From NCBI GenBank assembly GCA_043228905.1, contig JBHGNT010000011.1, positions 18,290,001 to 18,354,000 of the forward strand: DNA of 64,000 bases, written 5' to 3'. The stretch is from Azolla caroliniana (lineage: Eukaryota > Plantae > Polypodiophyta). This document shows positions 13,586-27,659 of the stretch, piece after piece (within the stretch, counting starts at the first letter, position 1; every line of letters begins with the position of its first letter). The notes beneath the pieces were generated by a model. That model ran no database searches. It worked only from the letters and a program-made list of their open reading frames with translations, and was not told the DNA's origin. Position numbers and translations under genes: made by a program.

Positions 13586-14563
13586 AGTTGTTTAATTGTA
13601 TTGAGATCTTTTTATAGAAATCAATTGAGTTTTTTAAAACAAAAAATAAATATAAAATATGAGTAATAGAAACGTTTGAGTAATGATGATAAAATATGAG
13701 AAAACAAAAGTGTATACATATATTATTATATATATATATATATATATTTATTTATAAAAGAAGAAGAAGAAGAATGTACTCTCTCTCTTTTACTGCTAAT
13801 TTCTTTTATAGAATTTATTATCGGTATATTTCTTAATTGTTTTTTTTTCTTAGACAGTACTTTTATTATATATATATATACATATATACTGTTTATTTTT
13901 AGTTTATCCGAATTCTGTTTTGGACATGGGCCCACATCAATCTATGCGGGCGCCAATTTCCAATTAAAACAACCACGAAAAAGAAAAAGGCAAAAAGAAA
14001 GAAAGAAAGAAAAAAAGAAAGAAAGAGAGAGAGAAGATATGCATGCATGTGCTGCTTTGTGCGATTGGGGGGGGGGGGGGGGGGGAGTTCACACGCGGAG
14101 GAGGCCAACGTTTTGAATAAAGCAAAGAAAGAAAGAAAGAAGAAGAAGAAGAAGAAATCTATCAAAACATGAATTGCAGGTAGATTGTTTTGTGTCCAAG
14201 AAGAGAGGAGAGCGTTAGAGTTAGATTGGAATGGTAGGGGCGTGTCACACGCATAAAATACGCGCCCGAGGGGCATGTGTTGTGTTGTTGCTATGCTACT
14301 TACTACTATATGTATACAGTATACATATATATAAGAGAGGGATAACAACGGAGAATTGGTAGCATAAAGCAGAAGAAGGTATTATTATTACACTGAATCG
14401 GGAGAAAGGAAAAAAAAGAGAGAGAGGAGAAATAAGTCAGACATGAATTATGCAACTGGTTGTGTGTGTGTGTTAGTGGTAGGTAGAGAGATTTCATGCG
14501 AAAAAACAAAAGAAGAAGGAGAGGAAAAGAGCAAAAAAAGAGAGTAAGGGAATTGACACACAT

Positions 14564-14596
<33 letters not shown>

Positions 14597-14701
14597 TTTG
14601 TGTAGGGCGAGGAGGTGGCATTCGTATGAACGGCCTCTTAAGTAGAAACACTTGCTTTTCAATTTCTTTGCTTTTATTCTTAAATTTATTTACCAGAAAC
14701 C

Positions 14702-14732
<31 letters not shown>

Positions 14733-15173
14733 TAAAGAAAGAAAGAAAGCAGCAAATAAAAAGAAAAAAGGAAAGGGGTTAATTATTATTATTATGCTTC
14801 TCAACTTCCAACTACAATTAGATCCTGCGTCTCTTGGTAACCGGCTATTTCCGGTACTCCTTGCTGATAGTATTCTTTATTATTTGTGCTCTAATAATAA
14901 GATATACGTATAATAAGAAATTATAATATACTATATATATATATATTATTATTATTCATTTATTCTTTTCGATCTGCCTAAAAGGGCACGCAAAAAATAA
15001 CCAGCCTTTTCTTCTTCTTCTTCTTCTTCTTCTTCTTCTGTTTCTGCTTCTTCTTCTGCTTCGTCTGCATTCAACGCCCATCCATCCATCCATCCATCCA
15101 TCCATGGCTGCTCCTCTCCCCTTCTCCTGCTTCGATTCTTAGTCTCTTCTGCTTCTTCTTCTTCTCTGATTCT

Positions 15174-15211
<38 letters not shown>

Positions 15212-15601
15212 CTCTTTTGATCTCTCCCTTCCGTCCCCTTCCTTTTCTTGGCTAGCCTTCTGCAGGACTTGTTCCGAGCCACGGACAGTAGAGTCGAGAT
15301 GGAGAGAAGAGAAGCCACAAGACGTGAGATGGAGACTTGATCATAACAGATCTAGCCCTAAATATCCATTAGACGGGAGGCGCTGGCAGAAGAAACTCTG
15401 AAGTTGAAGAAAGACAGAGAAAGTAGCGAGGTTTGTTTCATCTAAGGGATCCACAAAGATCAAGAGTAAAAGGAAAAGAAAGAGAGAAAGAAAGGAGTAG
15501 AGGAGAGGAGTTTTGATGGATTCACAGAGAGAGACAGGGAGGGAAAGAGATTTTTGCATCTAACATATGCTCGGAAATAAAGAAAGAAAGAGGTAAAAAT
15601 A

Positions 15602-18600
15602 ATGGAGATGTCAACTTCGCCTTTCAATGAAGAACCTTCCCCTCTCAGAGCTAACAAGAATGGAAGCGCAATATTATCAACATCGTCTTCTTTCTTCCAC
15701 CATACCTCATCCAAACCTACAGATTCCGCGCCTTCTCAGCACGTACTGAATTCATCAGGTACTATAGAATGTTTTTCTGTTGCATTGAAACTGGCGGAAA
15801 AAATCATGGATTTTCTGTGTTCCGCTGCCATCATCATGTGCAATATCTGAAAGAAAAGTGGCAAGATAGGGAAAATAACAGCACTATTTATTGTTTACAC
15901 AGGTTTTCTTCATGCATTCTTTCGCAGGCACAGAATATCATGCTGTTTCTAGTTTCCATTCTCATCACGTATGCATATATCACATTATCTTTCTATAATT
16001 TGCTTTAAAATTCGTCCCTACACATACATTCTATATATTGGACTCTGAAATTTCATTACATATATATCCTAAGAAACATTGATGGCTTCGTTTCCATTGA
16101 GTATAGTAGAAATAAAAGGATTTCTTGTTCTTGTTTTTTCTTTTGATGGATGCATTCCTTGGGACCTTGCCACTCAAGGTTTGTTTTGTTTTAGATTTCA
16201 AAGTTTATCACAGATGCATTCCACTACATTTGTGTTGCTTTTACCTAGGTCTTATTCGTTTGCTAGAATTCAAAGAATTTCTTGTTTTGCATCCTCATTA
16301 TCATATACTCCTATATACAGGTGTAGGTAACAGAAGAGAGAACTTTATCTCTTTTCAGCAATTCTTGAGCCCTAGAGGTTCGATGGGTGCTAACATTGAA
16401 CCTGGTTTTATGGCCCCCTATTTTATGGAGGAGAAGCCCTGTGCTGCAAAGAAGAACAGAAGGAGAGAGAATCCGGTGGCCTTGTTTACGAATGAAGACT
16501 GCAGTGAAACTGTATTCTTGCCTTCCCAAAAGCGCAAAAGAGCAAATGCAAAGGCAAGTGGGAATGATGGTAAGCTAGCAATACACAAATAACTTGCGAG
16601 TCCTATATACACTCATCTAGTAGTTGGTCTTACAGAAAATGCTGAAATGGTATCACTCATCTAGTGGTTTTTCTTACAGAAAATGGCGAGAAATCAGCTG
16701 GTCAGAAACGCAATGGCAATAAGGGTCGATCTAGAGAGGGTCAACCCTCACCATTAACAAACCAAGCAGACCATTCTCAAAGCATTCTTGGTAAGCGTTG
16801 TCATCAAATCACTTGCTTCATTCTCTATCGCCTGCACTTGCTGACTCCTTAGCTTTGGATGTTGATGGTTTAGGCATGTATGGATTAGATGCCCGAACAC
16901 TGGATTTATCAGAATATGTGAATGACATTTCGTTGGAACACCTAATGTCTCATCAACCTGGTGTATCCCAGAAGCAAGAGATTCGGAGGCCAATTATGAA
17001 TAATAATTCATTTGGAACTCATGTTAACACAATATTGCATAATAATATGGCCCGGCCTCCTCAAGGAGAAACCTCAGCTCCATCCACTTCCATGCCAAAG
17101 CCAGTCGACAATAAACCTCATAGGTTCATGCTAGATCTGGAGTCTCCTCCAGTTGATGAAAACGAAGAAAAGGCGTTGCATGATATGAATAATGTTCAGG
17201 TACATTCTCAGTGGTTTGAGTTCTCTGTAAAGTGTCTCCATTCCCTAGGTTCAGTGATGTGTATTTAATATGATTTGTTGGATGGATGAGTTGAATATGA
17301 TATGATTCAATTGGTTGCAGTCATTTTCTTCTGGATCCAAAATGCTATTTTTAGACAGCAGGAAACCACAGCAATTGTCCACGCAATTTCCTGCGGACAC
17401 ATCATACCTGCATGCAGATTTCTTGAATATTTTCCAGCTTCCTCCTAACGAGTCTTTGGAATGCTCAATGAGACAAGTTGGAGTGCCCTCGGAAAATAAA
17501 TTCTCTTCTTGTGACATGGTTCGGCCTTCACAGCCTTCACGTGAAGACATAAACAGGATTCAACCTTTGTTTTTCTCATTCAATTCTGGCCAAGCAGTTC
17601 AGCATGAAAATTCATGTGATACATTCACGAATTCCAGAATGAATAACTGGTGTAAGACTGAACCACCCACTATGGCTCCTTTACAAAATGGGCTCCTTCA
17701 AACCTGTGTAGGCAATAGGTTTCCTTTCGCTGTTGAACCTGAGATTGTTGAGACTAAGTCAGTCAAGAAGCTTGGGATGCACAGGGCAGATGGATTCGAC
17801 ATAGATCTGAACAAGCAATCATCCGAGGCTGAGGCTGCTGAATCCATTATAGACACAACTCAGATCTTGGCACATTCCTTTAGTCCAACTCCACCTGAAC
17901 CTATAATCGAGAAAAATGTATTGAGTGCATTGAGCACTGTTATGACCAAGGAGAAACAACCTGACTCTCCTACGATGTCCGTATACCCTAATGTAGATCA
18001 ACCAACTGTGGCAAATCAGGTAATCAATTGTCCAATGGTTGTAGATGAAGATGTTCTGACACCTGCCATAAAAACAAATGAAATTAATGTGGTCAAGGAT
18101 GGAACTGAAGATGAGAAGAGTAAGGATCCTGTGTCTCAGTCAATGTGTATTTTAGAACTACAAAAAGATAAACAAGAGAATGCAATTGATAAGCAAGAGG
18201 CTGATTCGGTTTGTTCACCAAACAATCCAGTAGCTGCTTCACCAGAAAATGAAACTGACAAGCAAGAAAACTCTAGAATACAAGTTTCAGAAGCTATGGA
18301 GACTGCAGTTGCTAGTGTTTCAAACAGTTTTCCTCGCTTGTCTTTACCAGATGGCCAGGAAGCCGAGGATGGTTGGAATGGTATGTATTATTTCAAATAT
18401 GGTAGTGGGCTCTTTTTCGATGCATCTTTGTATTGCACATTTTATGATGACCTACATTTCAATGTGCTGCAATGGGTTTTTGAGCTATGGCTATTTAAGG
18501 CAGTTGATCTCACTAGTTCTTTTGATGGGTTTTGATTTATAGATTACTTGTCCAGTTTTGCTAGTTCTTTTATGTGCATCTTTATTATTCTGCCAATATG

Positions 18601-19464
18601 TTTGGCAACATCTGATTTTTTTTTTCTCTTTTCTTTTCTACAGATGTCCCATATTCGCCTGGAGTGCAAGCCACTGCTCGCCTTCTTTGCAAAATGGCGA
18701 GTTCTTCAAGTCCTTTCTATGTTGAAAATGAAGATGGAGGAGGAGGTTCATCTTTACACAAGGGCACCAGTCCTATTCAACGACATGGAAAAACTACGAA
18801 GATAGGTATCCATGGACTAGGGAACAAAACAAGTGAAGAGAAGAACTGGGATGAGGAGAATCTAACTAAAGTTCCTTTAAAAGCTCAGGCCAGAGATGGA
18901 AAAGACCAAGCCATGTGTAATGACAAGGATAATAGCTCAACACACTCAAATGTAAAGAGAAATGGCTTGATTCATGCGCCTCATGAATCACGACCAGTAA
19001 CACCTCTTGCAACTACAGCTAGAAATAGCCCTTCTTCTGAATCAAATGGAAGTCCTAACCCTACTGTTAGGGAAAATACCATTAATGAAGTGTATGGCAA
19101 GGTCAATAGGATAAGGTCAGATCAACTCTATATCAGTGGGTCAAGTAAAGTATCGACCAATCCCTCTATTAAGAAAGAAGGTAAAGTGACCCATACAGTG
19201 GGATCTAATACTAAACTTCTTTTTAACTCTCCAAGCAAAGGTTCCTCTTCTGTACAAAGGAAGAACGAGATGACGAGTGATAGAAAACACTCAATTCAAG
19301 GGGATGGATTCTCAAAGTTACGTCATCCACATACTAGCTCTAGTAAGAGCTGTCTTACATCACAGAAAACCTCAAGTAACTATAGTGTAAAGCCTGGATT
19401 TCCAGCTAAGACTCCACGGCAAGTGCTTCCATATGTAGGAGAAATTAGATATGGGTCCAAATGA
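15602..19464 (+). CDS. Uncharacterised ~914-aa low-complexity, probably nuclear protein with EAR-like motifs
   Basis: Six phase-consistent GT-AG exons: 15602-15758, 16321-16569, 16680-16790, 16853-17199, 17321-18380, 18644-19464 (2745 nt). Contains QKRKR, MLDLESPP, FDIDLN and YSPGVQATARLLCKMA. No catalytic domain recognised. Confidence 0.75.
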
Positions 19465-21714
19465 GACTTCATCATGCAGTAATTCCCTGTTGAAGCTGCT
19501 TTTTTAGCTTAGTTCTAGGAAAAATATGTTTGTGGATGGTTATCCTACATTTATCTATTTATATTCATTCAAGTGTAACATAAAACAAAATTTCTCCTTC
19601 AGCTTGTCTTGAAGATATCCAGGTTGTTATAATGCCATTTACATGGATATTTAACTTTTGTTTTTTTTACATCTTGTTGTGCTATCATGGAACACTAAGA
19701 AGCTCAAATGTGCATCTTTGTGAGAATACATACAGTAAAGATGTGAAAGAGATTCTCTTGTTCTACATAAGCTTGATCCTCACCTTGCTAAAGATTGTAA
19801 ATCAGCCATAGATGAATTCATTATTATTAATTGCTAATATAGTGCTGCTTCTAGTTATCTTGGCTTTGCTTGTTTTCCTTGCTTCAAGGAATACTAAATC
19901 TTTTCAACACCGAATGTGAAACTTGAATGTGCTCTCCACTTTTGTCGATATTGGAATGTCCTCTTAGGGCAGAAAAGGGGAACTTTGAAAGAAATCTAGT
20001 GCCTACCAACCATAAAATGAAGAAGGGTTTTTGTCTACATATATGTTCATAGGTCAATGTACAACTGAAAACTTAAATACATATACACGACACAACCATG
20101 CAACATCTGACTTGTAGCTCTTGCAAACAATTAGTATTGCAAAACTCCTATAGAGTCCCTTAACATTCTATTGAAAAAGAGTGCTTAATTTCCCAATGCA
20201 TCCAAAATGTCATTCCTCCATTTGACACTCCAAGAAAAAGGCCAAATTGTTCAAAAGTATAAATTACAAGGTACAAATATGTATATATATATATATATAT
20301 ATATGTATCCAAAAACAATACAAATATTTGATGATCAAAATATAGTGAACAATGCCAAATTTGCAAATTAAAATTTTATCCATGATTTGATTTGACTTAG
20401 TACTACTTTTTAAGTCTTGATTATTTGGTATGGGATTGCAGCAGGCGTTGGAAGTCATACATAATTGCCCATCTCAGATATGTCACATTAGCTTACATTT
20501 GAATGGGGAGATGTAGATGGAGCTATTCTTGGAGTAGTTTGCAAATCATTGAGTAGAAATATTGACTATCTTGTGTGCAAAATCATTTGTCTTGTAGGTT
20601 AGTTCTTGTGGATAATACATTAAAGGCCACATCAACTTACTCGTGAGTGGCTTTAGGATTTGGATAGACCTCTATCACAAGATTGAATCATGATTACAAA
20701 ATCAACTTTAGCTTCAAAGTTGGTCAAAGCAACAATGTCAAAGAAATTGAAAGTGTGCAAGAGAATCCGAGCTATGTGATGATGATATACACGATTATAT
20801 TGATGAGGCAAATTGGAGAGCCACAGTGAGAGGGAAGCATCATGAATTGCAAACAACTTCAGTGGGCTAGGCAGATTAGTGGTTCTTTTTTGCCAATCTT
20901 AACTTTCAGGATCTCTTATTTAAAATATCATAGTGCAATTGACATACATATTACCTAGATAAAGTAGGGAAAACAAGATAGGACTAAGATATTGTCACGA
21001 TAGTGGTACGTGGAACGATTGAAGGAAGAGGGAAGATTGTTGAGAATTATGTTGATGCCATTCAAAAGCAATTGTTGACATATAATTGCGGGATATTTGC
21101 GAAGGAAGGACCCATATGTCAAATGTTTTAAAGACAAGTGTTCAACACCCATAATAACTTCAATGGAATGCCTCATCGATATTTATTCAAACAAGAAATC
21201 AACACAATTCAACAATCCATTTTAGAAAAACCACATTACTATTGTTTATGTTAGGGATACTTATTTTCAGCTAGAAAATTGAAGTTTCATATGACACATT
21301 ATTCGATGCATGCATTCTAATTATGCCACGATGAAAGTAGGTTTTGGTGATATCGTATATGGATAATGGAGGAGTTTCAAGGTATATCAGATCGTCTCAG
21401 TTGGGTTGGGTCCATTCATCATTGGAATGCTTGCTTTTGACTATTGATATATAAAAATGGTTCACTTATAAAAAATATCAATTAGTCGTATATGGCAAAT
21501 TGCGAAAAAGAAGAAAAAAACACAAGGTTGGGGATCGTGATATTGATTTAATACAAGGATCCAAAGATAGTTTTATACTTTCTTTCTTTTTTATATCACA
21601 TTTCATAAAATTGTACATAAAATCAGGATACCATTGATAATAATAAAAAACATTCTTGGCTTTTATATTAATGTCTAGTATAATGACACTCCATGACATA
21701 TCTATTGGCAACTT

Positions 21715-21774
<60 letters not shown>

Positions 21775-22635
21775 TACTTTATGAGAAGAAAAAAGTAGAG
21801 GTTAAGCTTAGCGAAAGAGGGGTATACATTTGCGGTCAAAGAAAAGGGAAATGTTTGTGCTTTCCACAATTGTGGCACCTAATACGTCTCAATCAATTTT
21901 CGGATATAGTCTCATTGCTCATCCTCAAGATAAAAGAAAACCTATGTTTCTATTCAACACTTCACCTTGCTAGTTCGAATGTCGAAAGAATAAAGGTAAA
22001 AGTCGGCTCCCATACGTTGGGCCGTAAGGGAACATCAATTTCAAAATCACATCAAGAAGTAACCAAGAAAAATAACTAGAAAGTGTATTTTATCCGCAAA
22101 CTATTCACAAAAGAAAGGAGATTCATGATTTCGAGCCTTTTACATACTAACGAATTGACATTTGCCTGTCTCTCAGCCTTACCATAGTGGAAACTTACAC
22201 AATGGATGTTTCTGAAAATTCTAAAGTCTTTTTTCGAGCCTCGCTAGGCGAAATTTTTATGCTTTGAAAATGACAGCCAAAACAATGCGACATCGGGGAT
22301 TTGTGTGATCATGAAACAATGTGACAATAACTTTTGTCACCACCCTATTATTTGACATAAATACTTTGTTAGAAGTGACTTACAAAGATGGATTGATTCA
22401 CGTCAAAGTTTTTGGAGAACGTTCTGGTAATAACTGTAGCCTTCTATTTCACATCTTAGCAAATGTATTTCACTTTATTTTCAAAACACATTGAGTTTAC
22501 TATGTGCTAAACATTTGAATATAGAGGGTATTGTCTTTTTGTATGTGTGTGTATATTTCATGTTTTATTTTGGATAGACACTTTACAATGTTATGTGTCA
22601 CCTCCATCATAGGTAAAGAGTCGTGTGACATTTTC

Positions 22636-23137
22636 TGTTGCAAAATATGAAGCCAAGAACCAAGAGACAACAGACAAGTACAAAGTATAGAGACACAAAT
22701 ATTTTTACGTGGAAAACCATGAATGGGAAAAACCATGGGAGTCCACAAAACTCCTAACTAGATCATTATAGTTGGAAGGAATACAACAGGAGATTCTGAG
22801 GCAACAACATGACGGTTACGACAGAGATTCCTCACTCTTACTCCTACTCACTAGTTACACACACTAGTTACAACTTTTGGTACAATCATCATGATTTGCA
22901 CTAGATATATATATACTAATAGTAATACATACTATGGGCTATTTACAAACATGGCCTATCTTAGGCATACCAAAACATATTTACAAATATGTTCTCTTTC
23001 AGATACATCTCCGGATCTAACCAATCCAGCCCTCGTTGATCTTCGTCCGGCTCCGACACTCTTCCTATCTGGTTCTTGTTCTTCGGACTCCGATCCGGCT
23101 TGTGCTCTTCCCATCCAAAGGGACCTGTTTCCTAACA
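22636..23137 (-). mobile_element. Solo LTR (Ty1/copia-related), 502 bp
   Basis: TGTT...AACA termini with a 5-bp TSD TTTTC (22631-35 and 23138-42). Shares blocks (acgtggaaaa..gggaaaaacca; gggctatttacaaa..aacatatttaca) with the copia LTR at 41787-43632. Confidence 0.9.
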
Positions 23138-24149
23138 TTTTCGAAGGCCTTGGCGAGTGGATGACCATCAAATCCTACCTCTGGTACTTACGAGTTAGAA
23201 AATTATGACATATGCTCATTCACAAAATCAGCCCCTAATTTGGAATCAAATCGTCAATCTTGGGAAGTTTCTAGACAACAATAACATACAATTATGTTAT
23301 TGCTTCATCAATATTTGTTAAATATCGTTCAAGGCTATCATGTGTCAAATTCCCCGCATCATGTCACATGTCGATATGTACCATCTCATTGCCACACGTT
23401 TTGTATTTCCCTAATCAATTTCATGTCAATATCAATTACACACACACACACACACACACATTAGGAAACCCATTCATACTACATTTCGAACACACTCCAA
23501 TGTGCATGTTATGACTACCTACACACAAGATGTTAGTATAGTAGTTTCTTGAGCAAAAGCAACAATCTTGAAAACATGATAATAACAATGTTTAATATCC
23601 CCGACCATTAAAACATGGAATCAAAATACTCTTGATTCATTCTCACTTAATGTATTGCTCATGTAATCCTAGAATACTTCAGAATACTCTTTTCAACATT
23701 CATACAAATAGTCTATTATATGAATATTAGAGAAATACAAACAAACTCCATGTTTCTAACGCATTATTATATTAAACGCAAGCCATATACATACTCTTAA
23801 ACTAGCTTCAATCACCTTTAGAAAGTGTATCCAAGGACAGAAATTTTACCTCTAAACAAGCATTGAACCGAGTTAATTGTGGCTGCCAATTGAAACGCTT
23901 CATGCAACGAGACGAGACATTGGATCGGTTCATGGGGTGAACAACAATTGGATCAAAGTCAGTATTGAAGGGCAAACTTTTTGCCCACCTAGGAAACAAT
24001 CCTATGAAGGCAAACAAAAGCCCCTATTGCAAATAATGACCCCAAGGATTTACATCAAAATATTGAATGGTAAGTTCGTTGATCTACTAATCCTAGGTCT
24101 TGGGTTCGAAACCAAGTTTCTCACTTCTTTATTACTTGCTGTTACATCC

Positions 24150-26950
24150 AAAAGCATTCTCTCTGTCTCTGTCTGTCTGTCTCTCCCCTGTTCCCTTTGC
24201 CTCTCCTCTCTGATTCTCTGTTTCCATGTCTGTTTGTTGTGCCTATGCATGTACGAAGAGGCGTTGAAGAAGAAGGACACACAGATTGCCTTCTCCTATT
24301 ACTCGTTAGGAGTGACATTCATTCTCTTCTTTATTCTTCTGCTTTTTTTTCAACCTAATCCTAACCCGTTGCTTCTTCTTCTTTTTTTGGTTGGATTTAG
24401 ACCTTCGAGCTCAAAATTTCCGGTCTTCTCTCATGAAATCGTATTCTTGTGGGGCCTCTTTAACCCTAGAGATATTCTATGGAGGGAGAATCGATGGCTC
24501 TTCTGTTTTCATTTTGATTTATATGTTAGGGTTAGTGGGTGAGGTAAGAAAAAAGTATGCGTTTTCTTTACAAACTAACATGACCTCTGGTCTGGTTAAC
24601 AGTAGAAATGAAGCGCATGGGGAAATCGCCGTATGAATGAGAAGCCCATGTTCTTATCAGAAGAATTTCAATGTGTGAGAGAAGCTGTGTCTTTATCTCA
24701 ATCTGCGTGGGGGGTTATTATAACTATTGCTACTTGTTGCTATAGAAAAACTTCAAGGTATCCCTGATTTGTTTTCTCTATCTTCCCGAATGCCCCACAC
24801 TTTCTTTCTTCCCACAGATGCCATTGATACTCACCCAAACTGAGCAATTGCAAGTGCCATTTGAACAATTTTATTTCAATATTGAACTTCTTAACCATTC
24901 ATTTCATTATCCATCAGACTAGCAATTAACTGTGTTTTCCTCTCCCATATTCAGTTATATCAATCTTTATCTTTATATATTGAGTTACCTCTATATATTA
25001 TCGTGAATCTCTTCCGAGAAACCATCGTTTTCTTATCAGAAGCTGTGTGGCGTTCAGGTAAGTGGAAGTGCTGGGATCAAACTTAGAGACTGTTGTTATT
25101 GGCTCTTTGGTTCTTGTCTGCATTCCCAGTGTCTTTTCATGTCTCATTCCCAATGTCATTTCAGGCAAGATCCAATTTCTTTTGGAAACTCTTCATTTGA
25201 ACCTTTGATGCATAACATACCTACTTGCATTCCCAGTGTCTTTTCATGTCTCATTCCCAATGTCATTTCAGGCAAGATCCAATTACTTTTGGAAACTCTT
25301 CATTTGAACCTTTGATGCATAACATACCTACTACAGAGTTCTCTCAGAAGCTGCTAGCAGCACTGGAAATGAAAATCAGATGCCAATGTTTAGCTGTATT
25401 GTGGAAAAGCCATCTTTTTTTTAATGCAGAAAAGCTGTCACATATTTGGCTTTCTGTTGTAAATATGTGGTAAAATCAAGAAAGGGAAGGAGATAGAAAA
25501 TTGATTGATTGTGTTGATGAGGGCCCGCAGCTCTGCATCAGCTAAAGTTCTCCGAATCCACCCTCTCGGTGCAATCTATGATATCTCAGGGCACATTCTA
25601 ATCTGAAGAAAACCCAAGAGATTCTAATATTTTGGATCTATGAGATATCACACTGTAGATAAATGTGGGAAGAATCTTCAAATACCCTTTTCAAAATAGT
25701 GCAGTCTGAAAAATGTGGGACGAATCTTCATTTGACACTCTTGTAGTGATGGAGCTTAGCAGCTTATCCATGCAGAAGACATGAATTTCCTGCACTCTTT
25801 CCATCAATATCATCAACTTGGACTTGAGAAAACAAACTTGGCATGATGCTAACGGGAAAACGGGAGCTCATGAAACCCGCTCCTTTTCATGATGAACTGG
25901 CTCATGTTATAATAGCGAATCCACTGATATGTCCTACTCAATCAAGAATAGGCAGCTTTGATGAGTATGATCAATACTATGCTGTGATAGAGTATGACCT
26001 TACAACTTATGATGCCTATGAATATCAGATAGCTTGCAGTTGGTTGAATTGTGCTTATGGTTTGGCTGTGATGACCTCTGACATCATATTTTAAGACAAA
26101 GGAGAGAAGAGAATGACCATATAATTCAAGTTGATGATTTTCATTTAAGCAGGCGTGTCCAGATAGAATTATGAAAGAACATGATTCTTGGAGAAGAAAT
26201 CATATCTTGTCAAGGAAGGATCAAGACTGATTAGAAGGCTTCAAGGGAAAATTGTGTTCTGTTGTATGAGAATGAACTACAAGGAAATGAACAATGGTAA
26301 TGCGTTGAGTAAGAAGCATGATAAATTTCAAAGGTGAAATTAGTAGAGGACATGGGTGGTTGTCAAACGGGAATGATGCAGCTAGGAATAGGGTTAATAC
26401 ATCGCCTCATTGGAGAAAGAGGGGGCAAAAGATGATCATTTATGATTTTAAGGTCTGGAGATCAAAGCTGAAAAGACAATAAGTGGAATTTCTTCAGAGA
26501 AAATTGGAAATTTGTCTCACATTCAAGACGATGACAGTGAATGGGCTTTCAAAGATTAGGTCAAAGGGCCAATGAATGGAAATACAAATTATTCTGGTTT
26601 CCAAGATTGTAAACATTTGAGTCTGATTCTAAAGAAAAAACACAAAGAGGTAAGAAATTGTCAACTCCATAACGAGTACAGAGATCAGCAAACTCAAAGT
26701 TAAGGTCAATGTGCCCATGTTTAAAGCCAAGCTTTTGCAATTTTCTAATGAATGAAAATCATTGTGTTGGAAAACTGAAAGTGTTTCAGCAGAAGAATAT
26801 AGTAATAGAACACAACTTGAGGTTAATGAACTGGATAAGGAAGGTGGTGATTCAGTCTTTAAATCAGATGGTAAAGCAGATGTGGATAATCTGGACATCC
26901 ATTTTGATGACGATGGTTTTTTCAGCTTCATGAGTGTTCACTACTAGTTA
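24150..26950 (+). pseudogene. Possible decayed gene or lncRNA locus
   Basis: CT-rich leader, plausible splice signals (caag|gtat ~24757, cacag ~24817, cag|gtaagt ~25057) and coding-like purine-rich stretches with only short ORFs. No homolog recognised. Confidence 0.3.
25119..25332. repeat. Near-perfect tandem duplication, 107-bp unit x2
   Basis: tgcattcccagtgtc...aacatacctact starts at 25119 and 25226. Confidence 0.95.
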
Positions 26951-27659
26951 CTATTGAAACCCACCCTACATTTGTAATGGACGACCAAATGAGGTTTTTG
27001 TCCTGTTTTATTGTCTATATAACAAGCTACATTCAATGAGATAATTGAACTTTAAAAAACTTAACGACACATAAAAGTTTGGCTCCTTATCTCTTAACCA
27101 TATTCTCATTTGGCTATTTCTTTCCATTGCTGATACATGTAATGGTTGTCTCTGATTTTGTTGTGCTAAAAGTTTGTCTGTCCTTACATTGTAAGCTTAC
27201 AATTATATGCTAGATTTCTTCTTCCGATTCTTTGTATAGATCCACCCATATATAAGAAAGCTGAATCATGAATGAATCAGAAGTCCATGACTTTGGCATG
27301 ATTGTGATGCTTGTTCTGATGATTCTGTCTTCAAATGTTTATCAAGATTATGCTCAAGGTCAAGTTATATTTTGGGCTATATGCTCTACTCCCAACAAAT
27401 TTTCCAAGGTGGTGGTTCCACCTTGTTGTAATGCCCCTGGCATACAAGTTATTCAATGTGCACTAATAATTTAGGCTAATAACAATCTAAAGGTTGGCAT
27501 TGAAGCTTTTGAAATTTATTTTTTATATTGCTCATATATAAGCAAAATGTGAAAGTGAACTTTTGTGTGGTAATGGTTATATTTTAAGCTCTATGATTAC
27601 ATGATAGATTTTTGCATTTAAGAAATGTCTGCCCATTGGTGGTAGGTGAGCAACGTATA

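Noticed and set aside
13726-14804. Several ORFs with poly-F, poly-Y, poly-P or SL repeats
   Set aside because: They are translations of microsatellites.
23877-24542. 221-aa hydrophobic ORF
   Set aside because: Non-ATG start, and the composition derives from CT/T-rich low-complexity sequence.
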